Source of the DNA: a virus
DNA length: 64,000 nt
Direction: 5' to 3' (one strand)
Virus record (IMG/VR): IMGVR_UViG_3300009388_000001
Span: 1-64,000 of that record
Translations under genes and position numbers: made by a program
The notes under the pieces: model-generated
What the model was told of the DNA's origin: nothing
Database searches by the model: none
The model's input: the letters and a program-made list of their open reading frames with translations, nothing else
Shown: positions 18,469 to 26,752 of the stretch, piece by piece
How positions within the stretch are numbered: the first letter of the stretch is position 1
How the letters are laid out: the number at the start of each line of letters is the position of its first letter

Positions 18469-19216
18469 ATCACCGGATATTCTAATTGATATTACAATGA
18501 CTGCCGTGCGCCGTCCGGAAACAATAAAGCGAACGTTGAATTCGTTTTACCGGAATATGCTCGCGCCGATCATTGATAAATGCCGTCTTATTGTCAATAT
18601 CGATCCGATCGGTGATGACATGGCCTCGCATGATATCTGTGAAATTTTTTCAGCGTACTTTAAGCACTACATGGTTAACATGCCGACGGAATCATCATTT
18701 CCTAAAGCCTTTCAATGGACATGGCTGCGATCTGATGCACCATGGGTTTTTCATCTGGAAGATGACTGGGAACTACTCAATGAAATCCCCATCGACTTTA
18801 TGATGGCACTCATGGAAAATTTTCCGCAATTGGCTTCCTTGCGCCTGCCATTTTTTAACGCTGCAGCAACAACAATGAAAAACTGGAATCTGTTCTTCCC
18901 ATGGAACGGACATTATTTTTCTTGTCCGCCTGATCTGCGCAAGACAGCGGGATTTTGCGGCCACCCTTCCCTGCTTCGTGGCGAATTTGTGCGAAGATGC
19001 GCTCCGCTTATCGATATCCGACTCAATCCGGAAAAACAATTTCACGGCGGCAACGATCCACTGGTCAAGGAAGTTCTGCGCTGGGAATACGGTGTTTTTA
19101 GCAGCCCGAATCATCCAAAGATGATCAAGGATATCGGCATTGAATGGAGAAACGCAAACAGATTTCAGAAGAAAGGCAGCAAGGCTTTCTTTACGGAATG
19201 GGAGAAAACATCATGA
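18458..19216 (+). CDS. putative GT-A-like glycosyltransferase
   Basis: N-terminal ILIDITMTAVRRPETIKRTLNSF and an acidic HLEDDWELL motif. The call is weak. Confidence 0.35.
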   Translation: MNYKSPDILIDITMTAVRRPETIKRTLNSFYRNMLAPIIDKCRLIVNIDPIGDDMASHDICEIFSAYFKHYMVNMPTESSFPKAFQWTWLRSDAPWVFHLEDDWELLNEIPIDFMMALMENFPQLASLRLPFFNAAATTMKNWNLFFPWNGHYFSCPPDLRKTAGFCGHPSLLRGEFVRRCAPLIDIRLNPEKQFHGGNDPLVKEVLRWEYGVFSSPNHPKMIKDIGIEWRNANRFQKKGSKAFFTEWEKTS

Positions 19217-20067
19217 ATATTTTAGTTACTGGTTCAAGTGGATTTATCGGAACGCATCTTATTAAAGAACTCATGAAACGACATGCCGTAACTTGTTACG
19301 ATCTTACGAATGGCAACGATATCCGCAATCTCCATGATCTTGACAAAGCATTCGAGACCTCGCAATGCTCCACAGTCGTTCACCTAGCTGCGCGCGCGGG
19401 CGTAAGGCGTGGCAATGACTATCCGCACGAATACATGACAACCAATATTGAAGGCACATGGAATGTCGGCAAGATGTGCGAGAAGTACGGTTGCCGGCTC
19501 ATTTCGTTCAGCTCGTCATCGGTATACGGCGATGCAAAACCGCCGACCAAAGAAGATGATCCCAAAAATCCAATTTCTCTTTACGGCATGACAAAACTTA
19601 TGGGTGAACATGTCGTCAATCAATTAACTATCCCCACAGTAATTATCAGACCGTTTACTGTTTATGGAGAAAATGGCCGCGGCGACCAGGTGTTCTACAA
19701 ATGGTTGAATCAGTACAAGGCCGGGAAACCGATAACTGTATTCGGTGATGGTGACAGTTTACGCGGATATACTTACGTCAAGGATATTGTCTGGGTAATT
19801 AACAGGTTGATCGAATCAAAGTGGAATACTTTGCATGATGATTTCAACATTGGTGGCCGTGAAGTTATGACACTGAACAATATATTAAACATATTTAAAA
19901 ACAACACCCCAACCTTGAAATTCAGTCATGTGGAAAGACCGAATCATGACATCAAGGAAAATTATGCAGATATCAGCAAGGCCACTTCGAAACTAGGATT
20001 CATGCCACTTAAAAAATTCTCGGAAAATCTCACATCTATTATCAACAAGGAGCTTCATTATGCATAA
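19213..20067 (+). CDS. NAD-dependent nucleotide-sugar epimerase/dehydratase (extended SDR)
   Basis: Motifs MNILVTGSSGFIGTHL, SSSSVYG and YGMTK. ATGA overlap with the upstream gene. Confidence 0.8.
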   Translation: MNILVTGSSGFIGTHLIKELMKRHAVTCYDLTNGNDIRNLHDLDKAFETSQCSTVVHLAARAGVRRGNDYPHEYMTTNIEGTWNVGKMCEKYGCRLISFSSSSVYGDAKPPTKEDDPKNPISLYGMTKLMGEHVVNQLTIPTVIIRPFTVYGENGRGDQVFYKWLNQYKAGKPITVFGDGDSLRGYTYVKDIVWVINRLIESKWNTLHDDFNIGGREVMTLNNILNIFKNNTPTLKFSHVERPNHDIKENYADISKATSKLGFMPLKKFSENLTSIINKELHYA

Positions 20068-20911
20068 AATAGGTATCATCGGCTGTGGTTTTGTCGGTTC
20101 CGCTGTCGCTGCCGGTTTCTCACTTAAAGCGGATATCAAAATTTATGACATCAAACCAGAAAAATGCACACATTCTTTTTCTGAAGTCTGTAATCAGGAT
20201 ATTTTGTTTCTATGCCTTCCTACCCCGATGCGCAAATCAGACGGTTTGCCGGAAATGTCTTTCATTTACAATGCTGTCGCAGACATTAACAGGGAGGTCG
20301 CGCAAGTAAAAACCCTGATTCCCAAAATCGTTGTCATCAAGAGTACAGTACTTCCCGGAACAAACAAAACATTGCAGGCAAGTTATCCTTACCTCAGTTT
20401 TGTTTCCAATCCGGAATTTCTGACCGCCAGATCCGCGCGGCTTGATTTCATTAATGCCTCGCGCATTGTGCTTGGTGGCATTGATCGTAATTCAATACAC
20501 GCAGTTGCGGACCTCTATCGGACAATATGCATACACACTCCGATTTATTATTGTACATGGGAAGAAGCGGAACTGGTCAAGTACATGGCCAATTGTTTCT
20601 TTGCTCTTAAAATTTCCTATCTCAATGAAATCTACAAGATCTGTCAGATTATCGATTGTGATTACAGTTTTTTAAAAAGAATGTGGCTGGCGGATGGTCG
20701 GATCGGAAATTCGCATCATGAAGTTCCCGGGCATGACGGAGATTTCGGTTTCGGCGGCACTTGTTTTCCAAAAGACATTGCCGCTTTTGTTGAATATGCA
20801 AAATCGATCGGAGCTCCGATCGAGACACTCAATGCCGCGCACAAGGTTAACGAAAAAGTACGCAATAAAAAAGACTGGCAAATATTCGACGATATGGAGG
20901 ATAAATCATGA
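20060..20911 (+). CDS. UDP-glucose/GDP-mannose 6-dehydrogenase family protein (short form)
   Basis: Motifs IGIIGCGFVGSAV and NPEFL, and the catalytic-Cys motif GGTCFPKDI. At 283 aa it appears to lack the usual C-terminal domain. Confidence 0.7.
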   Translation: MHKIGIIGCGFVGSAVAAGFSLKADIKIYDIKPEKCTHSFSEVCNQDILFLCLPTPMRKSDGLPEMSFIYNAVADINREVAQVKTLIPKIVVIKSTVLPGTNKTLQASYPYLSFVSNPEFLTARSARLDFINASRIVLGGIDRNSIHAVADLYRTICIHTPIYYCTWEEAELVKYMANCFFALKISYLNEIYKICQIIDCDYSFLKRMWLADGRIGNSHHEVPGHDGDFGFGGTCFPKDIAAFVEYAKSIGAPIETLNAAHKVNEKVRNKKDWQIFDDMEDKS

Positions 20912-21783
20912 AATTGCTTTTTGTTTACGACAACTCAATCGGTATTCATTATCTCAAACAGGCCTTATCCTGCGTTCCGCCGGAAAAAGCGGAAATCAAG
21001 ATCATCAAGTTATCTGAATATCCGGCATTCGATGACTCGCAATTTGATGGCCTGATCTACAATACTTTCCCTGATGAAAGTCATCGGCATAAATTCCGGA
21101 AAGATCTGATCGCCGTGACTGACGAAAAATTCATAAGTTTCGCATCTAAAAAGAAATTCCTGTTGCTTGATTCCCACGATGACGGCAACAATGATGCTTT
21201 TTGCCGTTTTGGCTATCCGAAATATCCTCGAATCAAGCTTGCGCCAGGCACAAAAATGCAATCCCTGCTTAACATTGCGATTGAAGTCCCCTTTGCCGTC
21301 AATGTGCAATTCATGAATACCACGAAGCAAAAAAGCGTACCGCTGGTTTACTGCGCAAAACTCGACGGATACGAAACCGATATCCGGAAAAAAGTATTCG
21401 ACGCGATTGCACCGTTCAACCCATTTATCAGCCGTCTTGATCTTTACGCTTATGCCGACGTATTGACTAAAGCAAAAATCGTTGTCGTTGCGCCCGGATG
21501 GGGCGAGGTTTGCTTAGCGCATTACGAAGCGCTGGCGGCCGGCGCCATGCTCTTCGCGCACGAATCCGTACGCAACTACAAATTGTTTCCTTTTGCCGAT
21601 CTGATAGAAGACAAACACTACGTCCTCTATAACCTTGAAAACATCACAGAAAAATTGACTGATCTCATGGCCAATTCGTTCAAAGTAGCCAGGATTTCCA
21701 AAGCAGGAAGCAAGGCGTTTTACAAAGGATACAATCTCAGCAAAACAGCCGAACAGATTATCGATTTCTTTAGTGAGAGGTGA
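20908..21783 (+). CDS. putative glycosyltransferase (GT-B C-terminal-like)
   Basis: Motif VVVAPGWGEVCLAHYEALAAGAMLFAHE. The call is weak and rests mainly on context. Confidence 0.3.
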   Translation: MKLLFVYDNSIGIHYLKQALSCVPPEKAEIKIIKLSEYPAFDDSQFDGLIYNTFPDESHRHKFRKDLIAVTDEKFISFASKKKFLLLDSHDDGNNDAFCRFGYPKYPRIKLAPGTKMQSLLNIAIEVPFAVNVQFMNTTKQKSVPLVYCAKLDGYETDIRKKVFDAIAPFNPFISRLDLYAYADVLTKAKIVVVAPGWGEVCLAHYEALAAGAMLFAHESVRNYKLFPFADLIEDKHYVLYNLENITEKLTDLMANSFKVARISKAGSKAFYKGYNLSKTAEQIIDFFSER

Positions 21784-21787
21784 ATTC

Positions 21788-22030
21788 ATGACTCAAGCCA
21801 TGAATTATCATAAAAACGATGAAAACACTTTAACAACAAAACTTTTAAAGGGAGCAAAATACCATATGAATATTATTGAATCTCTAAAATCTTTTTTGCA
21901 AGGATCTGAAGAAAGAGCAATGCATAAACTTCTTGCTTCTATGAAAGCACAGCAAGCAAGCAATGGTTGGTATCGGCGCTTTACCGGTAGGTCTAAAACA
22001 TTCAAAAAGAATCAAAGAAAAGGTCTGTAA
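21788..22030 (+). CDS. hypothetical small basic protein
   Basis: 80 aa ORF between glycosyltransferase genes. No motif recognised. Confidence 0.3.
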   Translation: MTQAMNYHKNDENTLTTKLLKGAKYHMNIIESLKSFLQGSEERAMHKLLASMKAQQASNGWYRRFTGRSKTFKKNQRKGL

Positions 22031-22041
22031 AGGAGTAAAAT

Positions 22042-23049
22042 ATGATATCAGGAAAACTCTCAATTATTATTCCCTTTGCTCAAGAACATCCCCAAATCGC
22101 CTTTACCGTACAATCCATATTTGCCGAACTGCATGACCGCTGCGACTTTGAAATCATTGTCATTGATAATCATTGTAATGAGTTGCAAGAACAACTGGAT
22201 AAACAGGGCAATAAACGCGACAAAGGCGGAGAATATATGAAGTCACTGGCCGGAGGTTCGCGGCCATGGCTAAAATATCTGGCCTATGACACAAAACTTT
22301 CCCACTGGCAGGCAAAGAATATGGGCGTGGCCAATTCTGATGGTGAATTTCTGTGGTTCGTCGATTCACATTGCATCCCATCACGAAACGCATTATTTGA
22401 TATGTTTTCTTATTATAGAGAGCATCACAAAGAATTGCATGGCACTCTGCATATGCCGCTTGCCTATATGCTCGAAAAACCTGGCGTCGAACTCATTTAT
22501 AAACTTGTCACTCTGCCGGAAAACGGCGTAGTGCATTACAGTTTCACACGCTACAAGCAATCCGACAAACCGTATCAAGTACCCTGCATGTCCACCTGTG
22601 GAATGATGATGTCCCGTGAGATCTATGATAAACTCGGCGGCTGGCCGGAAGAACTGGGAATTTATGGAGGCGGAGAACATTTTATCAACTTTACCCTGGC
22701 TGTTTTGGGATATTCCATTAATATTTTCCCTTCCTGGCCGCTTTACCACTATGCCGCTCCGCGCGGATATCATTGGAATTACGACGATTATCACCGCAAC
22801 CGATGCATAGCAACATTTATGTTCGGCGGCGATGCGTGGGCGTACAAATATATCATGAACATCAAACCGCACGGAGCAAAGCATGATGATTATAAAAAAG
22901 CTATTTTATCCACAATTATCGGTTCGAAGTCATGCATAAAACATCGTGAATTAATTAAAAATAGACAGGTTACGACGATTGCTTACTGGTTACAAAATCA
23001 AGCAATCATTCTCCCTGATGATTTGATTGATATGAATTATGTGGAGTAA
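22042..23049 (+). CDS. GT-A glycosyltransferase with DxH and Gal/GalNAc-T-like motifs (GT2/GT27-like)
   Basis: Motifs LSIIIPFAQE, EIIVIDNHC, FVDSHC (DxH) and YGGGEHFINFTL. Compare FLDSHCE and WGGENLEISFR in animal polypeptide GalNAc-transferases. Confidence 0.65.
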   Translation: MISGKLSIIIPFAQEHPQIAFTVQSIFAELHDRCDFEIIVIDNHCNELQEQLDKQGNKRDKGGEYMKSLAGGSRPWLKYLAYDTKLSHWQAKNMGVANSDGEFLWFVDSHCIPSRNALFDMFSYYREHHKELHGTLHMPLAYMLEKPGVELIYKLVTLPENGVVHYSFTRYKQSDKPYQVPCMSTCGMMMSREIYDKLGGWPEELGIYGGGEHFINFTLAVLGYSINIFPSWPLYHYAAPRGYHWNYDDYHRNRCIATFMFGGDAWAYKYIMNIKPHGAKHDDYKKAILSTIIGSKSCIKHRELIKNRQVTTIAYWLQNQAIILPDDLIDMNYVE

Positions 23050-23055
23050 GTAATT

Positions 23056-23712
23056 ATGCAAATAGGCGTTATTATTCCTATTATTCAAGATGTTTTCATA
23101 AATGGATTATTGAACAATATTAAAAATAACACAGTCCAACCTGCTAAAATAATTATCGTTGACAATAGCAGGAATAATATTATATTAAGCACAAAGAAAA
23201 TGCGTTCTAGCATTAAAGTCTTTAGACCAAACATTCCTCTTGGCGTAAATGCATCATGGAACTATGGCATCCATGAATTGGTACAGGATGTTGATTTAGT
23301 TTCGGTATTGAATGACGATTTGTTAATTGAAAATTATTTTTTTGAAAAGTTAACAAAATTGGTGTCGCTGCATAAGGATGCAGCCGTGTTTTGTCCGGAA
23401 ACGGTAGAAACACCGGAAATGATGTTAAAAACTCCGGCGTTGGGGCTGGAAAAACGTGATGTGATGTATAGAAGGGAGGGGTGGGCCTGGACGATCAGGT
23501 CATCGGTTGCGGTAAAAATTCCCCCTATACCTGAAAAGCTCAAGACATGGTTTGGCGACGACTGGTACTGGACACATTGCCAGAGACTAAAACAGCCGTG
23601 GATAAAGATGCTTAATAACTGGTGCTATCATTACGTTGGCCAGAGTAACAAAATTGTTAAAGCTCACAGTACGCTTAAGGCTGAGAGAGAATTGTTTAAA
23701 GCCTTGACATAA
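23056..23712 (+). CDS. GT-A (GT2-like) glycosyltransferase
   Basis: Motifs IGVIIPII, KIIIVDNS and VLNDDLLI (DxD-like). Confidence 0.55.
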   Translation: MQIGVIIPIIQDVFINGLLNNIKNNTVQPAKIIIVDNSRNNIILSTKKMRSSIKVFRPNIPLGVNASWNYGIHELVQDVDLVSVLNDDLLIENYFFEKLTKLVSLHKDAAVFCPETVETPEMMLKTPALGLEKRDVMYRREGWAWTIRSSVAVKIPPIPEKLKTWFGDDWYWTHCQRLKQPWIKMLNNWCYHYVGQSNKIVKAHSTLKAERELFKALT

Positions 23713-23740
23713 ATAATCGGTGCTGCCTCACCGATTATGG

Positions 23741-23787
23741 AGAAGATATTCATGGTTTACCTGCAAGTTTTCCATGAATCTTTCTTC
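23741..23787. terminator. hairpin between the convergent late and early gene blocks
   Basis: Stem ATTCATGG/CCATGAAT (23748-23779) with extended flanks, followed by CTTTCTTCT. A second small hairpin AATCGGTG/CACCGATT lies at 23715-23736. Confidence 0.45.
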
Positions 23788-24024
23788 TCAAAAATGGGCG
23801 CTCATGGGTTTCCTGTGAGCGCCTTTGTTTTTTCTATTATATATTTGAATCCATTCTGCACGAAAAGTATCCTGTTCGATAATAGATAATTTTTGTTTTA
23901 GCCTGAACCAATTGTATGTTTTTTCGAAATTATGCCATGACGGATCGCATCCCATGGCAACGATAGCCTGCTGCTGCTCTTTGATGATTTCGTTTAATGA
24001 TTTACCTGTTTCCACTTTTGCCAT
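23788..24024 (-). CDS. hypothetical protein
   Basis: Last ORF of the minus-strand array. ATG at 24024. Confidence 0.4.
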   Translation of the reverse strand: MAKVETGKSLNEIIKEQQQAIVAMGCDPSWHNFEKTYNWFRLKQKLSIIEQDTFRAEWIQIYNRKNKGAHRKPMSAHF

Positions 24025-24054
24025 GATTAATTCCTGCAAAGAAAATTGTTTTAA

Positions 24055-24399
24055 TTATATTTCAACGTCGTGATTTCGAAATAAGATGCGCGTGGACTCG
24101 ATATCCTCAACCCTGCCGGAAATTGCTCCGCACTCTGCCCAATCATTAAGCCATTTCTGCTGCAGTGGAGTTAGTTTTTTCCCGGGCTGCTTGACTTCCA
24201 GTTCGAAATGCCGGCCGTTGATACAACCCAGAATATCAGCTCCGCCTTTAATACCGTATCCTGTCTGCGTTCTTATTTCGGCCTTACAACCCGGAACTGC
24301 GTTTAAATAATTAACAATTTTACTTTGCCTTGTTTTTTCGAGAATCCGTAACGGCTTTGCCTTGCCAACTTTGATTCTCTGCAATCTTCTTTCCCACAT
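24055..24399 (-). CDS. VRR-NUC domain nuclease
   Basis: Motif GGADILGCINGRHFELEVKQPG (PD-(D/E)xK type). GGAGG upstream of the ATG at 24399. Confidence 0.7.
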   Translation of the reverse strand: MWERRLQRIKVGKAKPLRILEKTRQSKIVNYLNAVPGCKAEIRTQTGYGIKGGADILGCINGRHFELEVKQPGKKLTPLQQKWLNDWAECGAISGRVEDIESTRILFRNHDVEI

Positions 24400-24418
24400 G
24401 ATATCCTCCTGCAAGTTT

Positions 24419-26038
24419 TTAATCTAATTTTACACTTAATGATGAATTAGGCTGACAGATAACCAGTGATTCTTTGGCCCGCGTCATGCCTACATAAAAT
24501 GTCCTGATAATAGAATCCTTGTTTGTCTGATATTCCTCCATGGCCGCGACCGACAGATCCGGGAAAAGAATAACGGTAGACGCTTCGCCGCCCTTAACTG
24601 AATGAACCGTACCTATTGTGATTTTCGGTCTTGCTTCTAACGCTTCCCTACCCTGCTTCTCATAAACCTTTAAAGGATATTCGACGGCATTGAGCTTTGA
24701 TGCAAGAAGCACATTTCGAAACCATGTAACATCACGCTGCATTGCTTGCTGCAGCGCGAACTCTTTGAATATCTCGGCATAAAATTCTTTTTCGTTGAAA
24801 ATTACGCCTTTGTTTTCTTCAATGACAGACTGGATTTTGTCCTTTGCGCCGCGCTTCAAAACATCGGACACTTTGACCAGTTCCATCCATTTAAGAAGAT
24901 CCTTGGCATTCCAGTAACCATTATTAGGCTTTCCGGATATTTCATCGAGAAATGATAATATTCTTTCTCTTGTACTGGTACGGCCGCCCTGCCCTCTGTG
25001 GAAACTGCCCATCGGATTCCAGTCGCCTCGTGTTGCCCTGTAAGGATTATGAAACGGAAGTCCGGCCTCACGTAGCTGTTTTTGAACATGCTTAAGAAAA
25101 AATCCGCAGCTGGCCAGAATCATGACTGTCTTGCCGTCACGCGCATGGCGCTCGGCCAGTTCGATCGCCATTTCCGGTGTTCTGTATGTCGCCTTGATAT
25201 GCTGAATGGATCCTTCTTCTTCTCTCGGATAGAATTCCTTGATTTCCCGCTTCTTGATCTGCTTTATCCATTTCTGCGAAAATTCATGAACGACCTTCGG
25301 CAAACGCCATGACCGCTGCAAAACCCGATTATTTTCAGCCGGTATATTTACATCGATGAACGCGTCCGGACTTGCTCCACAGAAATCATAGATTGTCTGA
25401 TCGTCATCGCCTCCCAGAATGATGTGATCCTGAAACTTCGACCAGTGTCTGATCAGTTGAAGTTCCAGTCTGTTGAAATCCTGAACTTCATCATAGATTC
25501 CTACCTTCGGTTCGCCGGGAAACGGTTCATTCATGGACGCTGTAAGTGTGATCATATCGGTAAAATCGATATAGTTATTTTCCGACTTCCATTTTTCCCA
25601 CTGCTTTACCCAGAAAATCGTCGGACGTTTCATTAGATGCAACGGAAGACATTTTGCGCGAAACAAATTGTACTCATTGAGGTGTTCATCTCCGGCTGTG
25701 CCGAAAACAGCATCAACGGCCATTTCATCCATCGGCGACTTACTATTAATTGTGATTGCTGATCCGGGATACTGCTCATTGAACTCCTGTGCCTTAACTT
25801 CGGCAATTTCATAATTATAATTTTTCAATGCGCGGTAACAGAGCGCATGGAGCGTGCCGACATTCTCTCTGGGAATCGGCAGATTACGACGGTTGAGTTC
25901 CGTTGCCGCTGTTTTGGTATAGCTGGCAACAATGACATTTTCCGCTCCATGCTTCGCGGCGGCGTTTTCGATCTGCTTGGCCAGATAAGTAGTTTTTCCT
26001 GTTCCGGGCGGTCCAAGCACATGAAATTCATTTTTCAT
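24419..26038 (-). CDS. SF1 (UvrD-like) DNA helicase
   Basis: Walker A GPPGTGKTT, Walker B-like GIYDEVQD, and C-terminal TVHSVKGGEA. Confidence 0.7.
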   Translation of the reverse strand: MKNEFHVLGPPGTGKTTYLAKQIENAAAKHGAENVIVASYTKTAATELNRRNLPIPRENVGTLHALCYRALKNYNYEIAEVKAQEFNEQYPGSAITINSKSPMDEMAVDAVFGTAGDEHLNEYNLFRAKCLPLHLMKRPTIFWVKQWEKWKSENNYIDFTDMITLTASMNEPFPGEPKVGIYDEVQDFNRLELQLIRHWSKFQDHIILGGDDDQTIYDFCGASPDAFIDVNIPAENNRVLQRSWRLPKVVHEFSQKWIKQIKKREIKEFYPREEEGSIQHIKATYRTPEMAIELAERHARDGKTVMILASCGFFLKHVQKQLREAGLPFHNPYRATRGDWNPMGSFHRGQGGRTSTRERILSFLDEISGKPNNGYWNAKDLLKWMELVKVSDVLKRGAKDKIQSVIEENKGVIFNEKEFYAEIFKEFALQQAMQRDVTWFRNVLLASKLNAVEYPLKVYEKQGREALEARPKITIGTVHSVKGGEASTVILFPDLSVAAMEEYQTNKDSIIRTFYVGMTRAKESLVICQPNSSLSVKLD

Positions 26039-26391
26039 GAATCCAATCCTTTCTCATTTTTGACCCTTTTTGCGTTATACAGGCGCAGGAGCATGTTAAA
26101 AGCGACCTGGGCGGCATGGTAACATCCCGTTTCCTGATCAATCGCCAGAGGGTCAATTTGGCAGGCCTCAAGGTGCCTTATAGTGGCATCCCAGAATCTT
26201 CGGTCTGAATCCTGAAACGGTTGAAGACAATTAAAAATTGCATATTTCTTTTCTCCGGCAACAAAAACATCGGCTAGTGGCGTTAAAATACAAAACGGTA
26301 AGGCGTACCATTGCTGTTTTCCCTGGTCGTGTTTTAATCCCTCGGTTGACGGATTCTCCACAACATTGATTTTATTATCTTTATTCTTCAT
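26035..26391 (-). CDS. DUF5664 / dATP-dGTP diphosphohydrolase N-terminal-like protein
   Basis: The pattern HDQGKQQWYALPFCILTPLADVFVAGEKKY resembles the D.GK...L.P..AL..LA.VL..G..KY signature I recall for this phage family. Confidence 0.4.
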   Translation of the reverse strand: MKNKDNKINVVENPSTEGLKHDQGKQQWYALPFCILTPLADVFVAGEKKYAIFNCLQPFQDSDRRFWDATIRHLEACQIDPLAIDQETGCYHAAQVAFNMLLRLYNAKRVKNEKGLDS

Positions 26392-26398
26392 GATATTA

Positions 26399-26720
26399 CC
26401 CCTATATAAGGAAAATAATTTTAATAATATTTTTTAATTTTTTTATTATGGTGTCTTATAGAGCGAAACTATAATAGTCATAATAATGATTATTAATTAC
26501 ATTTAATAAGATAAATATCTGTATTTATTAACTTAATAGTCATAATAATGAAATATAGATATATTTCTGTGTATCTAATTATATTTTTCATTAAAATTTC
26601 CCTTATATAGGGGAATTGCCTGAAAAAAATTCGCGATTTTGATTATTATGGCTATTATGAGTGGCCGTTCTGTGGCTAACTTTCCGAAATAATTCAATTT
26701 ATTCATAATAATTATCGGAC
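26399..26720. repeat. AT-rich structured repeat element, copy A
   Basis: CCCCTATATAAGGAA (26399-26413) and the inverted TTCCCTTATATAGGGG (about 26598-26613) flank multiple CATAATAAT/ATTATTATG motifs. The element is colinear with 60794-61167. Confidence 0.8.
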
Positions 26721-26752
26721 TTTTTTGATTATTAATTGCCATATATCTAAAA

